From sequence record MZ501075: a stretch of DNA of 64,000 bases. One strand, 5' to 3'. This document shows, in pieces, positions 1 to 10,619 of the stretch (position 1 is its first letter; each line of letters opens with the position of its first letter). The translations under genes and the position numbers were made by a program. Origin of the DNA: Escherichia phage IrisVonRoten. Below the pieces are notes generated by a model. It did no database searches. It was given only the letters and a program-made list of their open reading frames with translations, and had not been told where the DNA came from.

Positions 1-219
1 ATGAACCGGATCAGCTTTACCACGAACAAAGCTCTCTTTGTCGCGGTTAAAACGGAGACATTCGAAAGGAGCTACGCTACCTTCTTTATTAGTCAGCCAA
101 TAGACATAACGTGGAAGAACACCAGAAACGATACGAACACGAGTGATACCGTTGTTGAACTTCAGGAATTCGATTTTATCGTTAGAACCGCCAGTAGTTT
201 CGCCCCAAGACTTAGCCAT
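1..219 (-). CDS. hypothetical protein, N-terminal part only (gene runs off left edge)
   Basis: Reverse-strand ATG at 219-217 preceded by AAAGAGGAAA SD; open frame to position 1 (MAKSWGETTGGSNDKIEF...); absent from ORF track because no stop in window. Confidence 0.5.
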   Translation of the reverse strand, partial: MAKSWGETTGGSNDKIEFLKFNNGITRVRIVSGVLPRYVYWLTNKEGSVAPFECLRFNRDKESFVRGKADPVH

Positions 220-496
220 ATTTTATTTCCTCTTTAAAGATTAATTTCGATTTGTTAATTGCGATTAGTGGGTTAGTGTCGATTACTAAACGTGGTATCC
301 ATACTGGAACATATTGTATGTCCAAACTAGGATCGTTTGTAAACTTGTATTCGGCATAATTTCGTAGACTTAAAATTCCTAGATATTCTGCCAGTTGTCT
401 ATTAGACAATTTATTTGGATTATCAACTATTGTTGATTCATTCAAAATGAATGAGGAACCGACCAATAATTGGTGAGCATCAGGCTCTGTAAGCAT
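212..496 (-). CDS. hypothetical small protein
   Basis: 94-aa ORF downstream of minus-strand T5-type promoters near 590-640; no strong SD. Confidence 0.25.
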   Translation of the reverse strand: MLTEPDAHQLLVGSSFILNESTIVDNPNKLSNRQLAEYLGILSLRNYAEYKFTNDPSLDIQYVPVWIPRLVIDTNPLIAINKSKLIFKEEIKYG

Positions 497-716
497 TCTT
501 TTGAATAACTTAATAATTAGGTCGGAATTTCCTCTAGCTAGTAAGTATAGCTTTTCATAATCGAAGAATTTAATTTTTGTTTTCTCCTCGAATTTATGTA
601 TATATTATACTAGATTTCGAGAGAATTTAGCAACTAAAATTTTTATTTTTCTGCTTCGGACTTTCTTATCAATCCGAAACTTTCTCTCTCAAATTTATGT
701 ATATATTATACATCAT

Positions 717-2069
717 TTATAAGCTGTTGCCAAATGCAATTTTAGCTAATTGAACTGCTTTCTCCGGAGTCATAGTAATAGTTTTCCATCCGTTGTTACG
801 ATATACTGCCATACGTCCAGAAGCCTGTCTTAGTCCAGTGCCACCTTTCATAATTAGATCTACAACAATAGGGTCGAGTTTACCCTCGACAATACGTTGA
901 ACACGGCCTGCAAGCTGTTCAATGAGAGATTCATTATTAATGAGGCTTCCCATTATTAAACAAGATAGCTCATTAAGGGAAATACCTTCAGAGAAGATAC
1001 TTTGAGCTGCTGCAAGTACACAAGGGGCACCTTTTGCTATATCTTTCTGAATTTTTAACCGATCATCAAGTGGGGTTGCGCCAATAATCTCATAGGTTGT
1101 GACGCCTCGCTGAGATAGTGCTTCTAGTACTGTTTGGATTAACTCTGTTCTATCACTTACAATGAGTACTTTATGTCCCATATTCACATATAAATGTGCT
1201 AGGTTTATAATAGTCTCTCGATATTCAGGATGATTATACACATCGTTAGCACGTAATGCCCACGGTACGTTTTGGTTTCCTGATAGCTCAACAGGCACGG
1301 AGTACCTATGGATTGTAGGTGCAACAGTATTATTAACCGGCGGGCTAAATATCTTATATCCAAAGAAATCTTTGAACATAACTTGCAAGCCATCCTTCCG
1401 TTTTAATGTTCCAGATAGTCCGATCTTATAGCGAGCACAGGATATTTCTAGGAAGTTAGTGAAAGTTGTAGCTACACAATGGTGAACTTCATCAACTATA
1501 ACAGTACCGAATACTTTAGAAAGATTATTCGCATGTTTATTCACTGTTTGAATATTACTGACTACAATTGGTGGATCAATATTATATTTCCCAGAACCTA
1601 TGATACCTGGTTCAAACCCAAACCATTTACGAACTTCTGCCGCCCACATTTCACGAATAGATGTGTTGGTACAAATTACCAAAGTTTTTTGGCCAAATTT
1701 ATACGCAAGTGCAAGGGCTAGGATAGTTTTACCAAATCCAGGCTTACCATTAATAATACAGGTATCATCGCATTCTTCGTATATTGGGAGCTGATCTTCT
1801 TCACGCAGTTTGAACTTAGGTTTTGGTATATCTACAGGAGCTAATGTGCGTTTATCGACTAATTCGTATTTTACTCCTTTAGCATCTAGTAAATCCAGAC
1901 GCGTGATAGGAATCCACTTAATCTCTTTAGCAACAACACCACTATTCTTATACATAATAGGGTATTTACTAGTCATTGTCTCAATGTGATAAGTGGTTTG
2001 CTTACTACAATAATCCCAAAGTTCATCATCGGGCTTGAAATAGGCTTTATTAGATATAACAACCTTCAT
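717..2069 (-). CDS. SF2 DEAD/DEAH-box helicase (T5 D10-like)
   Basis: Walker A GKPGFGKT and DEVH box in translation. Confidence 0.8.
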   Translation of the reverse strand: MKVVISNKAYFKPDDELWDYCSKQTTYHIETMTSKYPIMYKNSGVVAKEIKWIPITRLDLLDAKGVKYELVDKRTLAPVDIPKPKFKLREEDQLPIYEECDDTCIINGKPGFGKTILALALAYKFGQKTLVICTNTSIREMWAAEVRKWFGFEPGIIGSGKYNIDPPIVVSNIQTVNKHANNLSKVFGTVIVDEVHHCVATTFTNFLEISCARYKIGLSGTLKRKDGLQVMFKDFFGYKIFSPPVNNTVAPTIHRYSVPVELSGNQNVPWALRANDVYNHPEYRETIINLAHLYVNMGHKVLIVSDRTELIQTVLEALSQRGVTTYEIIGATPLDDRLKIQKDIAKGAPCVLAAAQSIFSEGISLNELSCLIMGSLINNESLIEQLAGRVQRIVEGKLDPIVVDLIMKGGTGLRQASGRMAVYRNNGWKTITMTPEKAVQLAKIAFGNSL

Positions 2070-2563
2070 AATTTTATTCTAAGTCTAGGAATTTCAGGCT
2101 CCTCTTGATGGACTTGATAAATAACAGGGCTATTATTTATCAGGATATAGCTTATATAAGCTGGAACGTAGGATAATACAAATGGATAAGGGACTTTAGC
2201 CACATAGCATTGGTATTTTCCATTATAAATTCTAGCTGAATGCAAAACTTTAGAGGTGACAACATCATAGAACGTAGTTTTCTTCCAATTAATAAGATTT
2301 CCATCAGAATCTATAAATTGGTTACGCTTTGACCCAACTAATTGAGACAACATTGATATTCTACCCCTAATAGGATAGAGCTTATAGGGTAATTCTTTCC
2401 GTTTCTCAAATAGAATAAGCCTACGTTGAGAAAACGTGCCAGGCAACTTCCTGTTATCTAGCACATATTTATTATATCTTGTTGTAATTACGGAATAATC
2501 ACCTTCTTGCTCAATTGATACAAACGCCCGTAACGCATAGACGGGCAATTTGAAATTAAGCAC
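2066..2563 (-). CDS. hypothetical protein
   Basis: 165-aa ORF, start overlaps polymerase stop. Confidence 0.45.
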   Translation of the reverse strand: MLNFKLPVYALRAFVSIEQEGDYSVITTRYNKYVLDNRKLPGTFSQRRLILFEKRKELPYKLYPIRGRISMLSQLVGSKRNQFIDSDGNLINWKKTTFYDVVTSKVLHSARIYNGKYQCYVAKVPYPFVLSYVPAYISYILINNSPVIYQVHQEEPEIPRLRIKL

Positions 2564-5123
2564 CGAGAATCCTTTTCACGTTATCCAGATCTTTACATAC
2601 AGCAATAAACTTATCATCCTTGTACTTGCTGTGGTCTGGATGCTCTTTATCCATCGCAGCTAATTTCTTATACTCGAAATCTGCATCAAGTAGCATTTCT
2701 TTAACGTAACGAGTATATTCGTCATCATCAATACAAGCGATTGATGGGTGCTGTTTCTTCATCTTACCACAAGAATAGTCACGAGAACCTCCAGCTTCAG
2801 AATCTGAATCAATACCAATCGGACAGCCAGGAATACTGATACCACGGTCTTTCTGAATATTACGAATCAGGATTTCATTGTATTGGTCGATCAAATCCTC
2901 ACGAACAATAGCAACTACGGAGTCATGAACCAGCATAACAATCTTCATCTCTTGTTCTAAACCAAGAGAAATGATTTCATTATCTGCATCTACAGCACCT
3001 AAAAGGAGACTATCAGAAGAAGCAGACTGAATGATTGCGTTAAATCCAGAACGAATTTCTTCACCCTGAACGCCACGGTCCTCGGAGTGGATATTATGTA
3101 GACGACGTTTGCGACCAAAGTGACTATAGATAAATCCATGATTCTTGATCTGATCGTGGCACTTATCAATCCAACGCTTAAGCTGTGGGAATTGACTAAA
3201 GTAAGTCTCAATGTACTCTTTAGCATCTGCAACAGTACATTCAACAAACGGTTCACCAGTTTTGGCTGCTTGTTCGAGCAATGCTTCGTTAACAGAATGT
3301 GCTACTTTAGCCGGGCCAGAACCATACAAAATACCAAAGGTAATTGCCTTAGCTGCCTGACGTAGAGCTGGGAACAGCTTCTTAACATCACGAGGTTCAC
3401 ATTGCAATTTAAATACCATGTGGGCGATGTTAGAGTGGAAGTCAGGGTATTTATCAGGTTCATTTCTCATGTTGATAAATACTTGTTGCATATTTCTATC
3501 ACCAGATAGAACAGCAGCATAATAAACTTCCGCAGTTGTTAAGTCCCATGCGATTACACGGTATCCAGGTGGTGCAACTACACAACCCTTAATGATAGAT
3601 TCATCACGGGGTAACTGTTGCAGGTTCAGTTTACCAGAAGAACTCAGACGACCAGAAGTAGTCATGTGTTCGTGGAAACCAGTACGAATGCAACCATCAG
3701 CATCAATGCTCAGAAGAATCTTCTCAACGTAAGTAGAGATCAGCTTAGTCAGCTTACGAATCTCTAGTAGAGTCTTAGCAATTGGATGCTGTGTAGACAA
3801 TTCGTTCAGAGCTTCTGCGTCTGTAGAGTCTGCTCCAGTATCCGTCAATTTACCCGTTGGAGTTAAGCCAACATAATCAAACAGAAGAACACGGAGTTGT
3901 TTAACAGAGTTTGGGTTAAACGCTTCGTTCTGATCTTTCTCTAGCTGAACGACTTCTGGATAAGTATACAGCTTTTCACGAGCTTTATTCAGATTATGGG
4001 TTAACTGGTACTGAGCTTCTTTTAAACGATCAATAGAAATAGGTACACCACGATCCTCAACACGCTGGAGAAATACACAACCAGGCATTAGGACATCATA
4101 ATACAGACTGCAAAGTTTTTCATTCTTCTCAATTTTTGGTAAGAAGAAGTTGTGCAAACGTATGGTGGCATCGGTATCTTTTGCAGCGTAAGGCCACATA
4201 ATATCAAACGGAATTAAATCATAGGTGAAATCTTCTTTCTTGATTTTATGTGCTTTGCAGTAATCATCTTTGAACTTATCTAGTTCAAAGTCATAGTCAC
4301 CCATATCTGTATACTTCATTGCTAGAGATTTCAAGCCATGAGTACCACGACGCTCATCTAGAACATAATGCTGCAACATTGTATCATGGAGTCTGCGTTC
4401 TTTATGTGCTTTATCAAAAGTAAGTCCCAGATGGTACTTATAAAAGTGCATATCAAACTTCAAGTTGTGAAAAACAATAGTGTGGTTTTCACTATCCAGA
4501 ATTTTCTGGAGATAATATACTGCAACCTCTGTGAGACAATCAGAATCGATATATACACCCTGATACTCTTGGTGAGATATAGAAACACCAAGCAGATAAC
4601 CATCTCGACAGTATAGTGCTGAGGTTTCGGAGTCGAATGCGACAGGTCCGATAACCATATTATACACCATCTTGATATATTCTTCTGCCTCATCAGGGTC
4701 AGTAATAGGGCGGTAATCACCAGCTTTTGCAATCTTCTCACGACCATTGATAATATCGTGGATATTCTCTACTGTTGCATCAAAAACTGGTTTCATTTCA
4801 GGTTTAAAGTGTAACTGGGCTGGGCTGATACTCGCAATCCAGTTAGCATATCCATTATACTCTACACGTTTACCGGTATAATCACCAATACCTTTCTTAC
4901 CTGCAAAGTACAAGAAAGGTTCGGCACCTACCAGTATAACAAAATCATAGTCACTCGGGTCAAATGGGTTTTCCGGAGTCCCGATAGTAATATGCTTTTT
5001 GAGCAAACGACCGGACAACTTCTCGTTACACATATGGAATACATCAACTTCCTCGCCGTATAGCTGGAAATGTTTATCATAACGAGTGTTGTTTAGAGCT
5101 TTATCAACTACTGCGATTTTCAA
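2556..5123 (-). CDS. DNA polymerase, family A, with 3'-5' exonuclease domain
   Basis: Exo I motif FDSETSAL, motif B RQAAKAITFGILYG, motif C LVHDS. Confidence 0.9.
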   Translation of the reverse strand: MKIAVVDKALNNTRYDKHFQLYGEEVDVFHMCNEKLSGRLLKKHITIGTPENPFDPSDYDFVILVGAEPFLYFAGKKGIGDYTGKRVEYNGYANWIASISPAQLHFKPEMKPVFDATVENIHDIINGREKIAKAGDYRPITDPDEAEEYIKMVYNMVIGPVAFDSETSALYCRDGYLLGVSISHQEYQGVYIDSDCLTEVAVYYLQKILDSENHTIVFHNLKFDMHFYKYHLGLTFDKAHKERRLHDTMLQHYVLDERRGTHGLKSLAMKYTDMGDYDFELDKFKDDYCKAHKIKKEDFTYDLIPFDIMWPYAAKDTDATIRLHNFFLPKIEKNEKLCSLYYDVLMPGCVFLQRVEDRGVPISIDRLKEAQYQLTHNLNKAREKLYTYPEVVQLEKDQNEAFNPNSVKQLRVLLFDYVGLTPTGKLTDTGADSTDAEALNELSTQHPIAKTLLEIRKLTKLISTYVEKILLSIDADGCIRTGFHEHMTTSGRLSSSGKLNLQQLPRDESIIKGCVVAPPGYRVIAWDLTTAEVYYAAVLSGDRNMQQVFINMRNEPDKYPDFHSNIAHMVFKLQCEPRDVKKLFPALRQAAKAITFGILYGSGPAKVAHSVNEALLEQAAKTGEPFVECTVADAKEYIETYFSQFPQLKRWIDKCHDQIKNHGFIYSHFGRKRRLHNIHSEDRGVQGEEIRSGFNAIIQSASSDSLLLGAVDADNEIISLGLEQEMKIVMLVHDSVVAIVREDLIDQYNEILIRNIQKDRGISIPGCPIGIDSDSEAGGSRDYSCGKMKKQHPSIACIDDDEYTRYVKEMLLDADFEYKKLAAMDKEHPDHSKYKDDKFIAVCKDLDNVKRILGA

Positions 5124-5185
5124 ATTTAATCTCCTCTTGGTAAGTAAGTATAACTTCAGTGTTTCTTCTCTAACTTACCAATATA

Positions 5186-6076
5186 TTATACCAAATCTTT
5201 AAGCGATTCAGCAACTAAAATTTCAATACGTTTTGCTAACATATCAATCTCTTCTTTATTTAAGTCCCCAGGGTCTTTACCTTCAGGCAGAAGAAAGTTA
5301 GCAACTACAGGTGTTAAACGCGTTTTTGTACGAATTAGCTTGGCCAGTGCTTGTGCAGCTTTATTACCAGAAGCATCATTATCTAGTAAGATAACAACAA
5401 CTTTTACACCGGCAATAATATAAGGACTGAACTTATCTGCAATGTTATCTGAAGTAAACTGATGTGTACCAAAGCAGCAGGAAGCATAGTCTATACCATT
5501 ATCCTCTAGGTTCAGCATATCAAAGATACCTTCAACTAGAATAAGAACTGGAGTATTATATCGTACAGGAAAAATTGGTGGTGAAACTTGTTTTGGTTTT
5601 ACTAAGTATTTAGGAGGGGCAGAACTGTTTATAGAACGACCCAAAAATAGGATATTGCGTCCAACAGCATCTGTGATTGGGAATACAATTCTGCCTTCCC
5701 AGTCTGCTTGGTGTTGGAAAGCAAAATATTTCTTCAAGGTCTTAGAACTTATACCCCGGAAATCACCTTCGAAAAGGTAAGCAGATTCAGGGATTGCAAG
5801 ATTCGTTGATCCATTCCTAATCTCTGAAATCTTTTTACGTACTTGCGATAGCCTTGGGGACTGTCGGTACTGAGTCTCATTAAAATAATGGTAAATGCTC
5901 GGTATACCTTTACCGAAGCCACAACTCAAGCAGTGCATAATACCTGTTTCAGGGTCAATACGCAAACTTGGGTGTTTATCGTCATGATCTGGATTGAGAC
6001 AACAGATGAGGATGTCCCCACCTGTGTCCTTATATTCAATGCCTTTCAGATCAAGTAGTTCTGTTATTCTACTCAT
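5186..6076 (-). CDS. DNA primase (DnaG-like zinc ribbon + TOPRIM)
   Basis: CCLNPDHDDKHPS...HCLSCGFGKG zinc-binding motif; acidic TOPRIM segment VEGIFDMLNLEDNG. Confidence 0.75.
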   Translation of the reverse strand: MSRITELLDLKGIEYKDTGGDILICCLNPDHDDKHPSLRIDPETGIMHCLSCGFGKGIPSIYHYFNETQYRQSPRLSQVRKKISEIRNGSTNLAIPESAYLFEGDFRGISSKTLKKYFAFQHQADWEGRIVFPITDAVGRNILFLGRSINSSAPPKYLVKPKQVSPPIFPVRYNTPVLILVEGIFDMLNLEDNGIDYASCCFGTHQFTSDNIADKFSPYIIAGVKVVVILLDNDASGNKAAQALAKLIRTKTRLTPVVANFLLPEGKDPGDLNKEEIDMLAKRIEILVAESLKDLV

Positions 6077-7545
6077 ATATCGCTGGCCTGTTCACCTGTT
6101 GAATTTTCAGCTTTGTCTTTCTTAGCACGTTTAGATTGAGCCGGCTTATCCTTCTCAATAGGGATAACGAACTCAGCTTCCATTTGAGATATATCTTCCA
6201 TTGCTAGGTTGGTAGTGTTATCCATCCGCAGGGTTTCCCAGTTCATTTTAGGCATAAACTTCACGCTATCAGAAGAACGGGTCTTAACGAAGTCAAACAT
6301 AATAGCACCTTGACCATTATCAGCTTTTGCAGCATTAAGATTAGCAGCCATGTCTGCGGAATCAAGAATCCCCTTTGACATACGTGTTCTACCATCTTGA
6401 TCAATCTGGTAAGGAGCTACACCAGCCACGTTATGCTTCTGGCAGATGGATTTGAAAGACGAGCTAACAACCATCTGTTCTTTCCAGTCGTACATATCAA
6501 TGGTTTTAGAATCTGGAAGTCGGGTTTGGTTAATATAGTCAAGTAAAGCTACTGTAACTTTATCCCCATATCTAGCAACTAATTTATTTAATTCTACGTC
6601 AACTGTTGTAATAGACAGCTCAGGGTCATAAACAATAATCATAGGAGTATGTAGTTCATACCCTTCTATTAGCTTACTTTCCATATCGTAGAAATCACTC
6701 ATCTTAGCCATTGTGTACTGTTTAACGAAGTTATCGAAAAGCTCTTCACCACCGTTAAACATCCTAGCTCTAGTTCTGGCTAATCTCAACAGAGCTGCAC
6801 CTTCTAGAGTATTATTACGCATTGCTAGTGCTGATACACCAGCTAACATGGCTAGATTACGTCTAAATACTTCATGTTCTTTCATCTCAATTGAGAAGTA
6901 TGGAGCAATATCCCCATTCAAATATTGCTGAACCTGTATGTTTGAACAGATAATGGATTTACCAGTACCACGCCAACCACCAAGCAGTAACGTTTCTGTG
7001 CGAGCTAAACCAATTTGAGCGTCGAACTCATTACAAATACCAAGAGCGATTAAGTTCAGTTTGGTATCTTCTTCTCTCTGGAAAATACGCATGTTATCTG
7101 CGTTGAATACTTTTCCAGTATTCGTTACTTTCTCTTCTAATTTTAAGTGAAGGGAGGCAACTCGGTTAAGAATTTCTCCCTGATCCAGCATTGTTAAATC
7201 TTGAAGCACGTCTGTTTCTAGAAGCTTCAGGAATAAATCCTGTGTATACTCGGCCTCTAGGACTTCAAGTGCCTGTTCCATGCTAACTTCTGGAATTTGA
7301 GTGTTAGCTAAAACGACTAGAGCTTGAGAAAGGCGGGCGTTCCTATTAGCCTCAAGCATCAGTGCGTCAATGGACGGCATTGTGTTATATTTTTTATAAT
7401 AATTCTGGACGGCTTGGTAAATTGAGGAGAAAGCGTCACTAAAATGATCTTTATGCAGTTTTGAGAATGTTTCCAATGCTATTTGCTTCTGTTCGGAAGC
7501 TAGAAGCATCTTCAACACTACAGCTTGCACGTTAAACAAGGTCAT
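6073..7545 (-). CDS. replicative helicase (DnaB-like, RecA-fold)
   Basis: Walker A GWRGTGKS; start placed at internal ATG (MTLFNV) preceded by AAAGGAGA SD; track ORF extends to 7596. Confidence 0.7.
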   Translation of the reverse strand: MTLFNVQAVVLKMLLASEQKQIALETFSKLHKDHFSDAFSSIYQAVQNYYKKYNTMPSIDALMLEANRNARLSQALVVLANTQIPEVSMEQALEVLEAEYTQDLFLKLLETDVLQDLTMLDQGEILNRVASLHLKLEEKVTNTGKVFNADNMRIFQREEDTKLNLIALGICNEFDAQIGLARTETLLLGGWRGTGKSIICSNIQVQQYLNGDIAPYFSIEMKEHEVFRRNLAMLAGVSALAMRNNTLEGAALLRLARTRARMFNGGEELFDNFVKQYTMAKMSDFYDMESKLIEGYELHTPMIIVYDPELSITTVDVELNKLVARYGDKVTVALLDYINQTRLPDSKTIDMYDWKEQMVVSSSFKSICQKHNVAGVAPYQIDQDGRTRMSKGILDSADMAANLNAAKADNGQGAIMFDFVKTRSSDSVKFMPKMNWETLRMDNTTNLAMEDISQMEAEFVIPIEKDKPAQSKRAKKDKAENSTGEQASDI

Positions 7546-7575
7546 TCTCCTTTGCACGCTTTCGTGCCTTCTAAA

Positions 7576-7612
7576 TGCAAAAAGGGGAAGGAGCATAGCC
7601 CCCTCCCCTTAG
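7576..7612 (-). terminator. rho-independent terminator (minus strand)
   Basis: AAGGGGA...TCCCCTT hairpin with T-tract on reverse strand. Confidence 0.55.
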
Positions 7613-7627
7613 GTTTAATTTACCAGA

Positions 7628-8395
7628 TTATTCAGCAGCCGCAGCTTTTGCATCCAGTTTAGCACGCTTAGCGGCACCATCATAGTCCTTAGCAACCAGA
7701 CCACGACGAGACAGCATAGATTTAACACCGCGCTCAGACTTACCAGTTTTCTCAGCGATCTCAGCAACAGTCATGTTAGCCAGATCCAGACCTTCTAAAA
7801 GATCTTCACGAGTTTTAGCACTTGAAGTTTCCTGTACCGGCATAGCAGCGATACGACCTTCACGAAGCAGACTCAGAGCTTTACCACGGATCTGCTTGAT
7901 ATTACGACCGAAGTGAGCAGCGATAGCTTCAATAGTAGCTCCAGCAACAACCTGATTAACAAAGTCAGTTTCTTCATCCGGAGTGAAGGAACGAACAGCA
8001 GCAGCTTTTTCGGTCGGCTTAACAGATGCGGTCATTTCCAGACTCAAGATTTTACCCTGTACCTGCTTAGCACCGAACTGACCACCAGCTACAGCAGCAG
8101 CGATTTCAGCATAAGTATACTGACCAGCATGAGCGTTCAGGAAATCAACCAGTTCAGCTTCCTGCTCAGGAGTCCATGGGGATTTCTGTACTTCGTTAGC
8201 TTTCTGTACTTCGAAACCTTCTTTACGCAGCTTAGAGCCAACAGAGCGAGCGGTAACGTCTTTGCCAGTTTCAGCAGCCAGTTCAGCAGCGATAGCAGCT
8301 ACTTGTTCTTGAGAGATTACAGCAACACCCAGAGCAGTGGCTTTTGCTTTCAGAGACTCGGTTACACCTTCTACGTTCCAGTTCAGTTTAGACAT
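7628..8395 (-). CDS. hypothetical Ala-rich protein, possible DNA-binding
   Basis: 255-aa ORF with phage-typical codon usage; function not recognisable. Confidence 0.55.
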   Translation of the reverse strand: MSKLNWNVEGVTESLKAKATALGVAVISQEQVAAIAAELAAETGKDVTARSVGSKLRKEGFEVQKANEVQKSPWTPEQEAELVDFLNAHAGQYTYAEIAAAVAGGQFGAKQVQGKILSLEMTASVKPTEKAAAVRSFTPDEETDFVNQVVAGATIEAIAAHFGRNIKQIRGKALSLLREGRIAAMPVQETSSAKTREDLLEGLDLANMTVAEIAEKTGKSERGVKSMLSRRGLVAKDYDGAAKRAKLDAKAAAAE

Positions 8396-9170
8396 TATTA
8401 TTTTTCTCCAATAGTTCTTTAATCGACAGGATTTCTATCCCATTCGTTTCGGCTTTCTTATAAGATGAGGAAGAACGCTTCGATTCATCCTCACAGATTA
8501 GGTATTTGACGTCTTTGGTAACGGATTTCTTAACCGTATATCCTAGACCTTCTAAATAGTTTGTTGCATCCGTTCTATTTGCAAAATCTTGCAAAGATCC
8601 GGTAATACATACCGTTATTCCGTTTGGTTGGGCTACTAGACCATCAGTGATGATGACCTCAGCTTTAGCACCTTTAATACCAGTTGTGAATTTCCACGGT
8701 AATTCGATAACATCCTTGCCTTGTGGGGAATTTAGCCAGGCTTTATAATTTTCTCCAGCTCTGCCATCAGCTCTCACATCTTGAAAACTGGTGCAATTTT
8801 GGGACAATTTCTTTGCTGCAACCTCTCCGATTAGAGGGATTCCTAAAGAACCGAGAACTGAACCAAAGTCAATGTCTCCGCGAACTTTATTATTTAATTC
8901 GCTAATTAACTTAGCGGCAACCTTGCTACCCACGACTCTAACCAAATCTTCTTCGGTTAGGTAAAATAGTTCTGAAATCTTCGTCAGCTCCAGCTTCTCA
9001 ATAGTTTTTGGGCCAAAGCCCTTTAACTTCATTTTTGTACAGAAGTTCTCAATTAACTTACTTGATTGCGCTGGACAGTTGGACTTATTACGACAGAATA
9101 ATTGTCCGTTGACAAGATCTAGTTTAGAACCACAAGAGGGACATTGTGTTGGAATTTCGATTTTCATCAA
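8388..9170 (-). CDS. NAD-dependent DNA ligase, C-terminal subunit (Zn finger/HhH region)
   Basis: CPSCGS...C...C zinc finger; lies directly after adenylation-domain ORF with a promoter between them. Confidence 0.65.
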   Translation of the reverse strand: MMKIEIPTQCPSCGSKLDLVNGQLFCRNKSNCPAQSSKLIENFCTKMKLKGFGPKTIEKLELTKISELFYLTEEDLVRVVGSKVAAKLISELNNKVRGDIDFGSVLGSLGIPLIGEVAAKKLSQNCTSFQDVRADGRAGENYKAWLNSPQGKDVIELPWKFTTGIKGAKAEVIITDGLVAQPNGITVCITGSLQDFANRTDATNYLEGLGYTVKKSVTKDVKYLICEDESKRSSSSYKKAETNGIEILSIKELLEKNNNV

Positions 9171-9197
9171 ATTTCTTCCTTATCAATTTATATAAAT

Positions 9198-9226
9198 ATT
9201 ATAGCAAGTATTTAAGCATTTAGCAA
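9198..9226 (-). promoter_or_regulatory. T5-type early promoter between the two ligase ORFs
   Basis: Reverse strand TTGCTA, 17-bp spacer, TATAAT. Confidence 0.6.
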
Positions 9227-9369
9227 CTACAATTTTAACTAACTTTGCTTACCCTCGCCATAACTTTCTATCCCTCAACTGAATGATAATAGTATATACC
9301 TAAGCGGCGAAAATGTCAATAACCACTTTATAATTCCGATATGGTAGATGGGTAGCAAAGGGTTGTGTA

Positions 9370-10344
9370 TTAATCGTATACTCGCTCTACTATGCACGGG
9401 ATTACACCACCAGCACGAATCACTCGAATCTGGCAACCGATCTCTAGATCAAGAGAGTTAATATAATCAACGTTATTAAGAGTCGCTTTAACAATTGTAG
9501 CATCATCAATAATTACCGGTTCGAAATAACCAACTGGAGTTACTTTACCAGAAGCCCCTACCTGCCATTCAACTTTAGTAAGAGTTGTAATCTCGCCTTC
9601 TTCATCCTCTTTAATAGCGAATGCTCCACGAGGGAATTTATTAGTCCAGCCTTCGCGGAAGAATTTGTTGTTGTCATTAATACGAACAACTTTACCGTCC
9701 GTTGGAATCCATTTAAAGAAGGAACGCACATTAACAACTGTTAAGAAGTTCTCATTCTCTAGCCAAAGCATATCTTTTAAATATGCTTCTGTAATACCCA
9801 CAGATTCAGCAGAACATTGGATACCATAAGCAACAAAGATTAAACCACCTTCCCCAATACGTTGTACGAAATCATCGCTATCTTTGAGGTTAATAGCACC
9901 AGAGGCAAAGTTACGTTTATTTTCTACTTCTTTTGTAATTAGAACTTCACCAGTGATTTGAGTAGGTACTTTTTGGGAAATCTTTTTAGGAATGTTCAGC
10001 AATCTTACGTTGCTTGTGACATCATTCCCCAGAATACCATTACCACGAGTTAGTGCTTGAACAAATTCACCGTTAATATATAACAGAGAAATTGCACAAC
10101 CATCTAACTTATCGGTTTCCACCTGACCTAAAGGATTGAAGGGTGGTTTATCACCACGGTTATAGTAAACTTTCTGTAAAGAATACATACGATATAGATG
10201 TGGAATATCACCCTTAGGCCCGATCTCTTCCTCTAACGGGAAGCGTTTTACCAGGCAATCATACTCCTCATCAGAGATTAAAGACATGCCTTGATAATAT
10301 GCTTCTTGACAACGCTTAATAAAGCCTTTTACATTATTCATCAT
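9370..10344 (-). CDS. NAD-dependent DNA ligase, adenylation-domain subunit
   Basis: KLDG adenylation motif (KxDG), OB-fold region. Confidence 0.75.
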   Translation of the reverse strand: MMNNVKGFIKRCQEAYYQGMSLISDEEYDCLVKRFPLEEEIGPKGDIPHLYRMYSLQKVYYNRGDKPPFNPLGQVETDKLDGCAISLLYINGEFVQALTRGNGILGNDVTSNVRLLNIPKKISQKVPTQITGEVLITKEVENKRNFASGAINLKDSDDFVQRIGEGGLIFVAYGIQCSAESVGITEAYLKDMLWLENENFLTVVNVRSFFKWIPTDGKVVRINDNNKFFREGWTNKFPRGAFAIKEDEEGEITTLTKVEWQVGASGKVTPVGYFEPVIIDDATIVKATLNNVDYINSLDLEIGCQIRVIRAGGVIPCIVERVYD

Positions 10345-10534
10345 CGGCGATTTCCATCTTGAGTTCTTTATTATATTGTGTAACCATATCCATCAAATCA
10401 GCAGATTCTTTCAGAAACGCATCTTTGTACACCTTTTGATTTACTGTGCCTATGTTATCCTGATAATTAATGCGTGCTGTGGAAAGTAGATTAAGTTTTG
10501 CTTGAATCTTGGGAAGTGTTACTGTCATTGCCAT
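10334..10534 (-). CDS. hypothetical small protein
   Basis: Start moved to ATG after AAGAGGA SD; the upstream ATG lies inside the conserved promoter leader. Confidence 0.5.
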   Translation of the reverse strand: MAMTVTLPKIQAKLNLLSTARINYQDNIGTVNQKVYKDAFLKESADLMDMVTQYNKELKMEIADDE

Positions 10535-10619
10535 GATTGATCCTCTTATCAATTTATATAAATATTATATAACAAAACTGAGTTGAAAGCAAATACATTT
10601 ATAAAGAAAAAGCCAAGAA

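Noticed and set aside
1-237. Plus-strand 78-aa ORF at the left edge
   Set aside because: Antisense to a well-supported minus-strand gene start (ATG at 219 with strong SD); no SD of its own.
4368-4747. Short ORFs on both strands inside the DNA polymerase gene
   Set aside because: Embedded in a long, motif-supported polymerase reading frame; low-complexity translations.
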